This document shows positions 1-16,866 of a DNA stretch of 64,000 bases, in pieces. Below the pieces are notes generated by a model. The model was given only the letters and a program-made list of their open reading frames with translations, ran no database searches and was not told the origin of the DNA. Within the stretch, counting starts at the first letter, position 1. Every line of letters starts with the position of its first letter. This stretch comes from Antechinus flavipes. Lineage: Eukaryota. The translations under genes were made by a program, and so were the position numbers. The DNA is taken from assembly GCF_016432865.1 (NCBI RefSeq), contig NC_067398.1, positions 652,302,001-652,366,000 of the forward strand, written 5' to 3'.

Positions 1-366
1 ACTACCTCAAAGAGCAGTTAATTTGTATAATGATGAGTTTGCTGAATATTAAATTTATTTGGGAAACTCTTTACTAGCCTGAGAGCTCCAGAAGAACTGA
101 GAATATGTCTTATCTAAACTATATGTCCTTCAGAGCCAAGCACAGAGCTCTTTATATAGCAGATAAATAAACATTTATTGAAGGACAATCCATTATGAAC
201 TGAATTTGATTCATTTCCATTGATCCTATCAACCTTATGAAGTTCCTGTTATTGTTGTCATCATTTTTTACAAATGATAAAACTATGTCTTGACTCTAGT
301 TTAAAAACCTTTCAAACCCCAGTTATTCACAAAGGATTAAGCCATGAGCCTCAGATCTGAGTCCTA

Positions 367-522
<156 letters not shown>

Positions 523-1057
523 TTATTGCAATATCAGACATAGTTCTTGGAATGGGGATGAAGGAAGAGAAGGGGTCTGCAAATCATATAGTCATTAGGA
601 AGAGTGGGTAGAGATTATGGAGAAAAAAACAGTCCTTTTTTCCATACTGGGAATTATATCTATGTGAAAACCTTTTTTCTTAGAGAAGGGAACTGGGATT
701 CAGGCCTCTTTGGGAAAGGGGGGGTGGTTTCGTGGGTGAAGAAGCCTAGACAAAAGTCATAAAAAACAACAGGGGTCTCAGAAATCCCGAACACCTTACT
801 TGAGACTTAGTTGGCAAGAGCTTAGTGGCCATCCTTTGCTTTCCCAGGCTATCCTTATGGGAGTTAGGCAAAAACTTAGAAGGAAGGGAGATCTGGGGAA
901 AGAAAAAGAAAGAAAGGGAAATTAGTGTTTCTAGCTTTCTTCCTAGCTTAGCTTTCCCTAGCTCTTCCCTGGACCCCAGGGCACTTCAAACACTGAGTGA
1001 ATCCATGAGAATAAAAACATGTGTTGTCAACTGCACAAGGCTGTATCTGAGACTCAC

Positions 1058-1102
1058 CACCTCTAGGAAGCCATGTCCTATTAAAACTCCAGAATTACCA
1101 TC
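1058..1102 (-). CDS. Putative 45-nt coding exon of ZNF-A upstream of KRAB-A
   Basis: aacag|GATGGT...GAGGTG|gtgagt; phase 0-0, open frame DGNSGVLIGHGFLEV, joins KRAB-A in frame. Confidence 0.55.
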
Positions 1103-3141
1103 CTGTTCTAGCACAACAAACATATAGGAAGGACCCATTACATGCAAAATACTGTTTTAAATATTGATGACAAACAAAGGAATACCTGACATTTAGGTAA
1201 TACTCCAGCTCCCATCTCTGAGTTTTCTTCGCACCAGTTGTTCCCCATTGCCTCCTCACTTTTGTCTCAATATCCTGGTTTTTTTCATGACTCAACTCAA
1301 ATGTCACTTTTGGCAGGAAACTATCCTGGTCCTGAACTGCCTGAATCTTCCCCCTCTAAAGTAACTGTCTTTCTACTCTGTAAATATCCTGTAAATAATT
1401 ACTTATTTACAAGTAACCTCCCCCATTTTATTTATCCCTTAAAGACAGGGTCCATTTTTGCCTTTTTCATCCTCGGCATATAACTATGGCACATAGTAAG
1501 AGATTAATATAGATGCTTGTCAGTTGATAGCTTTGAAATTTGCATAGTACTTTACCATTTAATATTCTCTTTAAGCCTCACAATAACCCCATGGAATGTG
1601 TACCATAGCTAATAACAGTCCCATTTTACAGATGAGGAAACTGGGCACAGAGAGGGAAAGGAAGTAGCCTGATCAGAGCTGTGCCTTAGGAAGATATTTT
1701 AGCAGCTGTATGGAAAAGGTGGAGAGATGGTAGAACTGAGGAAACCAACTATAAGCTATTATAACAGTCCAGGACTTGGCAACTGGTTGCCTATTTTGGA
1801 AGTTATAAAAGAAAAAGCAAAGGGTGGCTCTAAGGTTGTGAACTGGGTGACTAGAAACATAGTTGGGGGTTCTCAACAGAAACATGGAAATTTGGAAGAG
1901 AGGTTTAGAAAGATGATGATGATATAATTATAATAACTAAATGAGCAAACATTTATTGAATGTCTATGTATGTCAAGTACTGTGATAGGCAAAAATGAAA
2001 TAGTATCTGCCTTCAAAGAACTAACATTCTGACCCTTTCCCCCATCACCATTTTTAGAAATTCAATATAATTCAATGAAAAGGAGCAATTTTGGTTGTTC
2101 AACTCATCCGCCTTCCCCAATAAATCAAAGTAAGGCCATCTGCTGTTACAAATCTCAAGGATCAAATGTTGGAAACAAGTCAACCAAAAAGTACCAAAAG
2201 TAAAGCATAAAAATGAACTAAAGAAACAAATAAAAACTATCTTATGTCTCTTCTTGGCTAAATTCGATTTAATTTAGAGAAGATTCTGAGAATTTGTTCA
2301 AATTTGTTTTGAGAAAAGAAAAATTAGTATTTGATAAAAGATGTAATCAAAGCTATATGCTCTTATTATAGGCAGAGAAATTTTAAAAAATCTTGAGGAT
2401 GATTATCATAAAGCAATTTGAATATTAGAGGAATCTGCTCTATCATGAAAACTCATTTGAAAGGAGTGATGAAAATAAGTTTTAGTTCCTTAATAAAATG
2501 ATAGGAATAAATATGTCCTCTTAGCGTAACTGATTCCATTTTGTTTTAACCTTCTATTTTGTGATATGGTTGTTCTGACTACATTGTTTTTCAATAATAA
2601 ATTAAGTATCTAGGTGGGAGAATGTAGTAAACAACGCATGTGTTGAACAACTAATAAACCCGTGGACTCTTTGATAAGACATATCACCATGTAAAAACAG
2701 TATAAAAAACTTTACCAATAATTTTGAAGTAAACTGCAAATCAAATTATATAAACAAACAACTTTGGAAGGCCTATAATTAAGAGTTTAACATCCCTAAA
2801 CCTTAGTCATTTGCCTCTTTCTAGGGCTGGCACTCCTCCCACTTGAGTCTAATAGCCTGTGTTGGATTTAAGGTAGTGCTAATTGACTAGGAATTGCTAA
2901 AAGACAACCTCAAAGAGTGATATGCAGCTTCTGGCTGTGTGAGAAAGCAGTGAGTCTGGTATTAAAAAAAAAAGCTTAATCTGAACCTCTAAGACACAAG
3001 ATAAGGGCTTGTCTTTAGAGGAAGGTATTGTTCACTTAAGAGCTTTAGAAGCTACACAAAAGTATCTTTTAGAAAACAAATGCAAAGTTAAATATGCTTA
3101 ATATATCCCCAAATAATCCTGTACTTTTAAAAATAAAATCT

Positions 3142-3995
3142 TTTTTTAAAAGTTTTTTTATTTAATTAATTTATTATAACTTTTTATTTACAAAACATTT
3201 ACATAGGTAATTTTTCAACATTGATCCTTGCAAAACCTTCAGTTCCAACTTTTCCCCTCCTTCCCCTCCCCCCATGACAGATAATCCTATACATATTAAA
3301 TGTTAAATCCAATATATGTATACATATTTATACAGTTATCTTGCTGCACGAGAGAAATTAGATCTAGTAAGAAAAAAACCTGAGAAGGAAAACAAAAATG
3401 AAAGCAAACAATAACAGAGGGGAAATCCTATGTTGTGGTCTACACTCATTTCCCATAGTTCTCTCTCTAGGTGTAGCTGATTCTCTTCTTTACTGAACAA
3501 TTGGAACAGGTTTGAATAATCTCATTGTTGAAGAGAGCCACGTCCATTAGAGTTGATCATAATATAATCTTATTGTTACCTTGTATAATGATCTCCTGGT
3601 TCTGCTTATTTCACTTAGCATCAATTCATGTAAGTTTCTCTAGGCCTTTCTAAAATCTTTCTGCTGGTCATTTTTTTTTTTTAGAACAATAATATTCCAT
3701 AACATTCATATACCACAATTTATTTAGATATTCTCCAATTGATAGGCATACATTCAGTTTCTAGTTTCTTGCCACTACAAAAAGGACTGCCACAAACATT
3801 TTTATACATGTGAGTTCCTTTCCCTTCTATAAGATCTCTTTGGGGTATAAGCCCAGTAGTAACGCTGCTGTATCAAAGGGTATGCCCCATTTGATAACTT
3901 TTTGAGCATAATTCCAAATTTCTCTCCAGAATGGTTGGATTCCTTCACAATTCCACCACAATGTATCAGTGTCTTACTTTTCCTACATCCCCTCC
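3142..3995 (-). mobile_element. 5'-truncated LINE-1 (3'UTR plus ORF2 C-terminus)
   Basis: T-rich tail, then the recurring ...caacattgaYccttgcaaaacc... 3'UTR seen at several loci in the window, then typical antisense L1 ORF2 end (...caaagggtatgc...ctctccagaatggttgga). Confidence 0.8.
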
Positions 3996-4068
3996 TTTTT
4001 AAAAGTATTTTAATAAAATATGTATGAAAATTTTGAAGAACTTATGGATGTTTTCAATGTGCTATAAC

Positions 4069-4464
4069 ATTCTTTAGCTTCAGTATTAAGTAGATGAGAT
4101 TTTTTGATTCTAAAATAATATATCGATGAGTTTCTACTAAACTTAAGTGCATATGACTGCTGTTTCAGAAATGAGCCCAGGTTACTTTCCTTAATAAGAA
4201 ATACCAAATTGCATAAATATTTGAAGTTACAATTTATCTTTTCGTTAAGATTGTTGTTTTCTCAATGTTAAAGTGCTTTAAAAGACACTCTGTGGTATAT
4301 TTGTGGTTTACATCCTTTTTTGTTACATCCAGACTGTAACTTTCTGTTTGAAATCCTATTTCTAATAAAGAAAACAAGTTTGTTAAGCACTAAATTCCAC
4401 TTTAGCAATATACAAGAGTATTATTTTCTCAGAATTTTATTCTAATTTTAGACTAACAGTCAAA
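4069..4464 (+). repeat. 396-bp direct duplication, copy A
   Basis: Hand alignment to 5491-5886: 392/396 identical, no indels. Confidence 0.95.
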
Positions 4465-4697
4465 AATCCACCAACTGGTCATCTGATACATTCTTCTCAC
4501 AATTTAGTTTGTGAATTTACATCTTGGGTGAAAATGTGAGTAATGTAACTTTTGGACTCTAAAATGGCTAAGCACAGCACAGTTCAAGACAAGTCTACTG
4601 ATTACCCCAAAACAAAACAAATAAAAAAAATCTAATTATATGTGGTAAGAGGAAAAGTGCCCACCACCAGCAGCTATGTAAAATAAAAGCTACTCAC

Positions 4698-4730
4698 CAT
4701 AAAGATTCATGTGAAATATTGTAATTATTC
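4698..4730 (-). other. Putative 33-nt exon of ZNF-A ending in the start codon (ATG at 4700-4698)
   Basis: acaacag|GAATAATTAC...CTTTATG|gtgagt; in-frame upstream stops; the ATG is in frame with the 45-nt exon and KRAB-A. Confidence 0.4.
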
Positions 4731-5174
4731 CTGTTGTGTAAAAGGAATTGAACTATTTTTTCTTCAAGAAAGATATTCCAGAATATCCTATATGTTTCCT
4801 TTGGAGATTTAAAGAATCTGAAAAAATTTTCCACATGGGACAATTCAAAAGATAATATTTTGGTTTCAATAAACTACATAAACAAACGAGCTATTAATCT
4901 ATGTTCTAATGTCATGTCTTATAGAATACAGTAGTTTTATTCTTCAGATTTACAGAATTTATAGAAAAAGAAGATGACATACAACCTACATACCTAGATC
5001 AAGAACAATGTCTTCAATGAACTAGCTGCTTCCAAAGGAGATTTTCACACAGATGGGCTAGGACTTGGTATACCATTTGGCACATCCAAAGGGATAACTG
5101 GGATGACAGTTATCTTCAGGGAAGAAAGTTTATCTGGAGGATTCAATGGAGACAAATCGTCACTACATTCTAAA

Positions 5175-5480
5175 CCAAACTTCTTAAACTTTTTCTACTC
5201 ATCCAAGAAATTTTTATGCTACCGTTTCAAATCTCGGCCGAGGTGTTTCTGAAAGCATTGGTGCATGTACAAAGCATGCATGTTGTGTCAAGACTACAGT
5301 GGAGTCAGGCAATGTAACACAGGCAAGCACCAGAGACATTTCAGATTCATTACATTTGATTTCAAATTAATTTTTGATGATTGTGTTCAGAACTGTTTTA
5401 CTGTTACCAAATTTTTCATGACCCCCACATTCAGTTATGTGACCTTTTATAATAAGGGATGACATAGTTCAAGAAACTTC
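5175..5480. mobile_element. Non-autonomous hAT-like DNA transposon (~306 bp)
   Basis: Imperfect TIRs ccaaacttcttaaact / agttcaagaaactt; 8-bp direct repeat attctaaa at 5167-5174 and 5481-5488. Confidence 0.6.
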
Positions 5481-5490
5481 ATTCTAAATA

Positions 5491-5886
5491 ATTCTTTAGC
5501 TTCAGAATTAAGTAGATGAGATTTTTTGATTCTAAAATAATATATCGATGAGTTTCTACTAAACTTAAGTGCATATGACTGCTGTTTCAGAAATAAGCCC
5601 AGGTTACTTTCCTTAATAAGAAATACCAAATTGCATAAATATTTGAAGTTACAATTTATCTTTTCGTTAAGATTGTTGTTTTCTCAATGTTAAAGTGCTT
5701 TAAAAGACACTCTGTGGCATATTTGTGGTTTACATCCTTTTGTGTTACATCCAGACTGTAACTTTCTGTTTGAAATCCTATTTCTAATAAAGAAAACAAG
5801 TTTGTTAAGCACTAAATTCCACTTTAGCAATATACAAGAGTATTATTTTCTCAGAATTTTATTCTAATTTTAGACTAACAGTCAAA
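5491..5886 (+). repeat. 396-bp direct duplication, copy B
   Basis: See copy A; offset 1422 bp. Confidence 0.95.
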
Positions 5887-7169
5887 CAGTTTAGGTTAAA
5901 TAATCACTTGCACAAGAGGTTATTTTTACTATCAAGATAGGAACTGAAGTTGAAGCATCCTTCATAGCTTTTTGGTGACAATACTTGGTTCATGGCTATT
6001 TTAGCTATGTCATCAGAATCAGGAAGTGGGCTTTATCCTGAGATGGGGAGTCCTTCAGGAAGGACTCAGTGGAGTTCATCATTTCATTTCTCAGCTGTGG
6101 TCAGCATGCAAGAAGGCAGAATGGCCCCTATATCCTTGTAGAATTGGTTCTCAGTTGACAATAGTGGTGGTACTACCTTGGGGAATCTCAAAGAGATAGG
6201 TGATATTATTATCCCCATTTTGCAGCTGAAAGATGCTATATAATTTGTCCATGTTCACACAGACTGTAGTGTCTCAAGCAGGATGTAAATTTGGTCTTTC
6301 TAACTCCCCATCTAGCTCACTACTCATAATATATCACTCATCTGTCTCATAAAGTATGGTTAATGGTGTAATCCCAAACTCAACACTCTTCTCCAATCCA
6401 CCCTCAGCAAAGTTGCTAAAATAATTTTATGAAGACACAGATCACATCACATAGATCCTATGCTCAAAAAGTTCCTAGACCTCTGTATTATCTAATGGAA
6501 AATATAAGTTTCTTGGCTTAGAATATAAGGATCTCCAAAGTCTAGCTTTCACCTCCCTTTTTGGATCTAGTTTATTCTATTCTTTTTAACAGATTCTACA
6601 TTCTATTCAAAAGGCATCAATTAAACATTTACTGTGTATAAGGTACTCTGCCAGATTCTGTCCCTGAAAAAATAAAACACAAAAGAAAGTCTGGAATCCA
6701 TTCAAACTGGAGTAATGGTCATTCCCTGTCCTTGATATTCCATTTCTCACCTCTGTGCCCTGATGTAAGCCATTCCAACAATGCATTTTTCCTTCATTTC
6801 TACCTCTCAGAAACCTCACCTTCCTTCAAGCTTCCATTCAGGTGCCATCTGTTCCATGAAGTCTTCCCTAGTCACCATAGCAATTAGTTCCTTTTGCCTC
6901 CTCAACTTTCCTTATAGTACACTTCACAGATCTTTCTCAATTTCAGGGGTAAAAGTGACCATCTAGTCTATTGGTGTCAAACTTTAAAAAAAATCAGGCA
7001 TCACTATACTACATAAGGATTCACTTGGGCCACATATTGACTTAGTTTTAATATATAATATTATATGTTTTATTTATTTTGTTAAATATGTCCCCATTAT
7101 ATTTTAACCTGGTTTGGGCTGTACTCACAAGTGTAGTGAGCAGCATGTGGCCCATGGGCTTTGGGTTTG

Positions 7170-8010
7170 ACATCCCTGAACTAGTCCAACCCATATCTCC
7201 AAAAGAATTCACAAGATATCCATATGGTCAGCCAACCTTTGTTTGAAAAGTACAGCATAGAGGAGCCCATCACTTCCAAAAATAGCCCATTCTCCCTTGA
7301 GATAGCTCTAAATGGTACAAAGTTTTTTTTCTGACATGAAACCTAATTTAGTCTCTTCACAAGTTCAGCTCATTCTTTCTGTCCTTGCCCTCTGGGGACA
7401 AATAGAATAAATCTAATTCCTTCCCCACAAAACAGTCTTTCACATAATTGAGGATAGCTACTGCATCCAGTTACCTTCAACTAACTTGCATACAGCATAA
7501 ATTTAAAGTCTTTTACCATTCTGCCCACCTCTCAACACTTTCTAAATGATTTTCATTCCTAAAAATGTGTTAAGAAGAACTTATACTTCAGATATGGTCT
7601 GACTAAGACAGAATATAGTGAAACTATCATTTCCCTAGTCCTAGATACTGTATTTTCTTTAATATTGCCTAATATCACATCTCTTTTGGTTTACTTTTAT
7701 CATTTGCACTGCATTTATTGTCCAATTAAACCTCAAGATTTTTTTCAGCTAAATTATTCAGCTAAATTCATAATTCTACCATCTTTTATGGGATTAAAAA
7801 AAAGTATAAGACTTTATTTATCATTCCTATTAAAGTTCATCTTGTTAAATTTGATCCAATATTCAAGACTGTCATGTTTTGAGATTTTTACTCTACTATC
7901 CAATGTGTTTTCTATCCCTCCTAGTTTCCTGTTATCTATAAATTTTATAAGCATGCTATTTGTATCTTTATCCAAGTCCCTGACAAATATGTTAAACAGC
8001 AAAGGTCCAA
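7170..8010 (-). mobile_element. CR1/L3 LINE fragment (RT and 3' part)
   Basis: Minus frame GPLLFNIFVRDLD...LIKFIDNRKLGG...WIKFNKMNFN matches the CR1 RT block (FNIFINDLD...KFADDTKLGG). Confidence 0.85.
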
Positions 8011-8022
8011 GTAGCTCTGGGA

Positions 8023-8245
8023 TTGACTTGGGATCCATGGATCTGTATACAGATTTTTTTGGGGGAGGGGAGGTAGAGGGGAAAAGAAAGAGTTCCTGAA
8101 CTTGGATAGGAAATATATATACAGCAAATTTTTATTTTTATTAACCTGTATCTGAAATTGAGCATTTCCTTTATTCTGAGGCATCTAAAGGTTTCATCAG
8201 ATTCCCAAAAGGGTTCATCACACAAAAATGGTTAGGAACATTTGA
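8023..8245. mobile_element. hAT/Charlie-like MITE, copy 1
   Basis: Shares gacttgggatccatggatctgtatacag...attctgaggcatctaaa with 8948-9200; followed by atctagat, a Charlie-type target site. Confidence 0.55.
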
Positions 8246-8947
8246 TCTAGATAGAACAAAATGACTGGAAACCTCCTTCTAATTTGATATTCATGACCAT
8301 TTCATGGGCAGTCATTTAACCAGTTCTGAACCCCTCTAATTGCATTATCTCCTAGTGTACAACCCTTCATCTTTACAGAATAGCTTAAAGAATCTGATGA
8401 ATTGAGATAAATTAGATCTACAACATAAGAATGAGGATACTGAGCCTGAGCAAGGTTAAGAAATTTGCCCAAGATTATATAATTAATAAGGATCTGAGGT
8501 AGGATTTGACCTGACTTTAAGTCCAATGCTCTATTACATTACCTAGCTACCTTAGAGCTACTCATTTAGTAACCTTGTCAAAGAAGGAAATAAGCTTATT
8601 CTGGAATAACTTTCTTAATGAACCTTCAAATACATCCATCATAATCCCCATAGTAGAACAGAAGTTCCTTGAGTTTAGGACTGTTTCATTTTTGCTTCTG
8701 TATCTTCAGTACCTAACTAATAGTATGAGTACAATAAATGTCTGTGAGATTAAACTGAATGTAGGGTGTTTTTTTTTTTTTTTAAGTATATTCAAGAGGA
8801 AAAACAGGATCAAAGAAGGAATAGAATCACTGTATCAGATGAATGGAATAAAAATAATGAATAATGGTGAGAAAAGTGAGTTATCAACTCTTATTTTGCT
8901 TCTGATTTCTCTGCCAAGGAAAACAATCTTTGGTTTAGATCTAGCTC

Positions 8948-9037
8948 TTGACTTGGGATCCATGGATCTGTATACAGATTTTTTGGGGAAGGAAAGGTGA
9001 AGGAAAAAAAGAAGAGTTCTTGAACTTGAATAAGGAA

Positions 9038-9075
<38 letters not shown>

Positions 9076-9200
9076 GTGTGTGTATATATATATATATAAT
9101 TAACCTGTACTTGAAATTTAATATTTCCTTAAATAATGAAACATTATTCTGAGGCATCTAAAAGATTCATCAGACTCCCAAAAAGGATACATGACACCCA
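8948..9200. mobile_element. hAT/Charlie-like MITE, copy 2, with an internal microsatellite
   Basis: Same-orientation relative of 8023-8245; (CA)n/(TA)n/(TG)n at 9039-9098. Confidence 0.55.
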
Positions 9201-9209
9201 TTGAAAAAA

Positions 9210-9990
9210 CTGCTTTCAATGGATTCCAATCACCAAGCTAAGATTAACTTTATCCTAAAGTACTAAAAGAATTAGAAGATTCTTGTGCTGGGCTATAGTC
9301 AGTGACCTCTGAAAAATCTTGTAGAATGGAAAATGAGCTGAAAATACTGAAGAAAAGTAAATGCTGTCCCAATTTTCAAAAAAGGAAAGAATACTATCTA
9401 CAAATTATAGACCAATGAACCTGATTTCTATTCCAGAAAAAAATTAGAACATATTAAAGGATTGGTTTGTGGATGTTTAGTAGAAGGCATAATCACTAAA
9501 AGCCAATTTGGCTTCATTAACAATTCATTCCAGATAAAATGAGATTATCTGGTAACTAAACTCCTGAGAATGCTAAAGACATTGTCAAATGCTTTGTTGA
9601 GAATACTATGCTTCTCAAGCTGAGTGGACTAGTTGGAGAGACAAAGGAGAAATAGTATAGTAACAAAGATTTGGAATGAATTGAAAGAATTACTAAAGGT
9701 AGTCTCTAGTGCATCTGGGATCTGATCTTGGCCCTGTGCTTTATTTATTTACTTTTTATCATTTCTATCAATGACTTGGATGGAAGTATAGAGAAGTTGG
9801 AACAATTAACGATTTGGAGGATGACACAAAACTTGGAAAGATAATTAACATAATATAGAATCCAGATCTAAATAAATCAACAAGCCAGAAAAGTGGGCTG
9901 GCAAGATAACATTTTTGAGGATAAATGCAACATTCTACACATAAGTTTTTGGTTTCTTTGTTTTATTTTGTTTTTAAATTAACCTTTCCA
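9210..9990 (+). mobile_element. CR1/L3 LINE ORF2 fragment
   Basis: gtcccaattttcaaaaaagg...aattatagaccaat (PIFKKG..NYRP), atcaatgacttggat and gatgacacaaaacttgga (INDLD, DDTKLG). Confidence 0.8.
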
Positions 9991-10493
9991 AGTTTAAGAT
10001 TAGGGCGGTGGGAAGTGACTCATCCAAGAGTTCCCATGAAAATGTCAGTCGACTGCAAGCATGAGTCAAAATGACCCCGAAGGCCCAAAAGTTTATGCTG
10101 CCCTGTGCTGTTAATCGAGCCAGAACATCCAGTTTTGCCATCTGCCTGGTTCAGGTCACAGGTGGGCTAATGTGTCCAATTTTTTTAAAAAGAAAAATAA
10201 ACCACATGTTCAAAAGAGGACATCCATGATGGTGAGAGAGGATTGGAATAGAAACTACATTCATTTAAGTCTAACACCCCTCTTCCTCTGATCCTAGTCC
10301 CTTCACCTGAACCTGAATTCGTAAATTTGGATCACAAACTCTAAATAAGCACTAGTTTCCACCAGAACGCAACGTCCCCTGCTGGTCCCCTACAGCTCCG
10401 GCTTCCAGGCCCGCAGACCTAGTTCAGACCACGACGCCCCCTCAAAGAGCCCGGGAGCGGGGCATGGCCGCCCGCCGGCTCTCCGGGACTCAC

Positions 10494-10750
10494 CCTCCGC
10501 TCATGGCCCGCGCGGAGGGCGGGGTGGAAAAGAACGGAACCGGCGCCGGGCAGTGCACTAGAACTGGCCTTGCCTCTGCTACGGTAGTCGGACCCGAAGC
10601 ACCACCCCGTCCTCCCGCTCCCGAGGAACCGCCCAATTGGAGCACTGGGATGCTCTTAGAGGAGCAGAGGACCTGGCTGGCAACTCGGCGGTCCTGCGCC
10701 CCCAAGGGGACAACGGCTTTAGGACTGAAGCAGGCGGCCACGTTGGGGAT
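10494..10750 (-). other. First exon of ZNF-A (donor at 10494/10493; upstream boundary approximate)
   Basis: Donor GAGCGGAGG|gtgagtcc in the CpG island, nearly identical to the first-exon donors at 19994 and 56493. Confidence 0.65.
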
Positions 10751-11232
10751 CTGTCCACCTCTGAGGCAGCTGGGCAGAACCCAACCCTGGACACGCTTCC
10801 CTCCCGATACCGCCCCAGGGCTTTAACAGGCCCTTGACGGACAAAAGCCCGCGACCAAAACAGACCTGCCAGGAGGGGCAGCAAAAGGTCCTAGCAACAG
10901 CTTAGCGCCAGGACAGTAGCCCCACTATGGACAGCAGAGTGTGCGCGTGCGCCGTGATTGAGGGTTAGGAGTAGTGTGAAAGGGAGTATGCCTAACTCCC
11001 GACCTGGAAGCTGGAGACGAGCGCTGGAACGTCCCCGAGGCGTAGTGAGGAACAGGGGTATCACGGACTCCATTTCCCAAGGTGCACCAAGAAGGGAATT
11101 TGAAGTTGCGGAAGGACTACAGGTCCTATAATGCAACGCTCCTAAAACTACATCCTGTGAATCGACAGCTGCGCCTCTTTCCGGCGACTTACCTCGCCCC
11201 GGAAGATATATCACTGTAGGAAGGCCAACTTC

Positions 11233-11257
11233 CTCTTTCTAGCAAGTCCTGGGCCAG
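11233..11257 (+). other. RPL8: RPL8 non-coding exon 1 with 5'TOP pyrimidine tract
   Basis: CTCTTTCT...GGGCCAG|gtaaga; TCT/TOP-type start typical of ribosomal protein genes, 22-27 nt below a TATA-like element; acceptor ttcccag|ACC at 11609. Confidence 0.75.
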
Positions 11258-11492
11258 GTAAGACCTACTCGTGTGTTTCTCTGTGGGTTTCAGCAATCCG
11301 TGCCCAATCAGTCCCTTTAGAGCGCCATCCGCCCTTGAGCAGCGACCCCACAATTGCGGGGACTCCCTGTTTTTAACCTCCCTTGAGGTGCCGCTTCCAG
11401 AGGCCCTAGGAGGTGACGGCGCTGAGTTGGATCAGGCGCCCCCCACTTTTTCTTCTACCAGACTGACATGGCGGCGTCCTTCCATGGAGTAG

Positions 11493-16304
<4,812 letters not shown>

Positions 16305-16320
16305 AATACAAAATCCTGAC

Positions 16321-16326
16321 AATAAA
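16321..16326 (+). terminator. RPL8: RPL8 polyadenylation signal
   Basis: AATAAA 17 nt after the stop, followed by a T/GT-rich tract. Confidence 0.85.
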
Positions 16327-16765
16327 AATTATTTTGGAAATTGTATAAATAGTATTTATAACTTGAGTGGTTGCTTTAGAATTTGGAACCTCACAACAAT
16401 GCTTATGGGACTACTAATATTAATTGCTATTTGCATAGGGATTTCATACTGAAGGAAAAACCCAAGACCTCTTGACTTTGAGAACAGTCATTTATTACCC
16501 AAGCAGTAAATAATTTGAAAATGTATTTCCTTTCCTCTTTGCCCATACGCATATTAAAAGACATTTAGAAAAATTAGCTAAATACAAACTATTAAGCTAG
16601 TCCATAATTCTATTGGTGATAGAGCAACAGTATAAGACCAGGAGAGGAGGTAGCAACTAGGAGGCTACCATACATAAGTGGTAATGAATGTCTGAGCTCT
16701 GGTAGTAACTGGGGGGGGTTAGAAATGAAAGATTAGTAGCTAGCTAGATAGTAGCTTAGGTGGAT

Positions 16766-16866
16766 AAGAGTTAATGATAGCATCAAGTTTGTTAACCTCT
16801 TGGGGCCCAGGAAGTTCAAAAGATGAGACTTCAGGGGAAAACATGATAAATTCTACATAGGACATA
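16766..16866 (+). repeat. 101-bp direct duplication, copy downstream of the RPL8 polyA signal
   Basis: See 15260-15360; offset 1506 bp. Confidence 0.95.
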
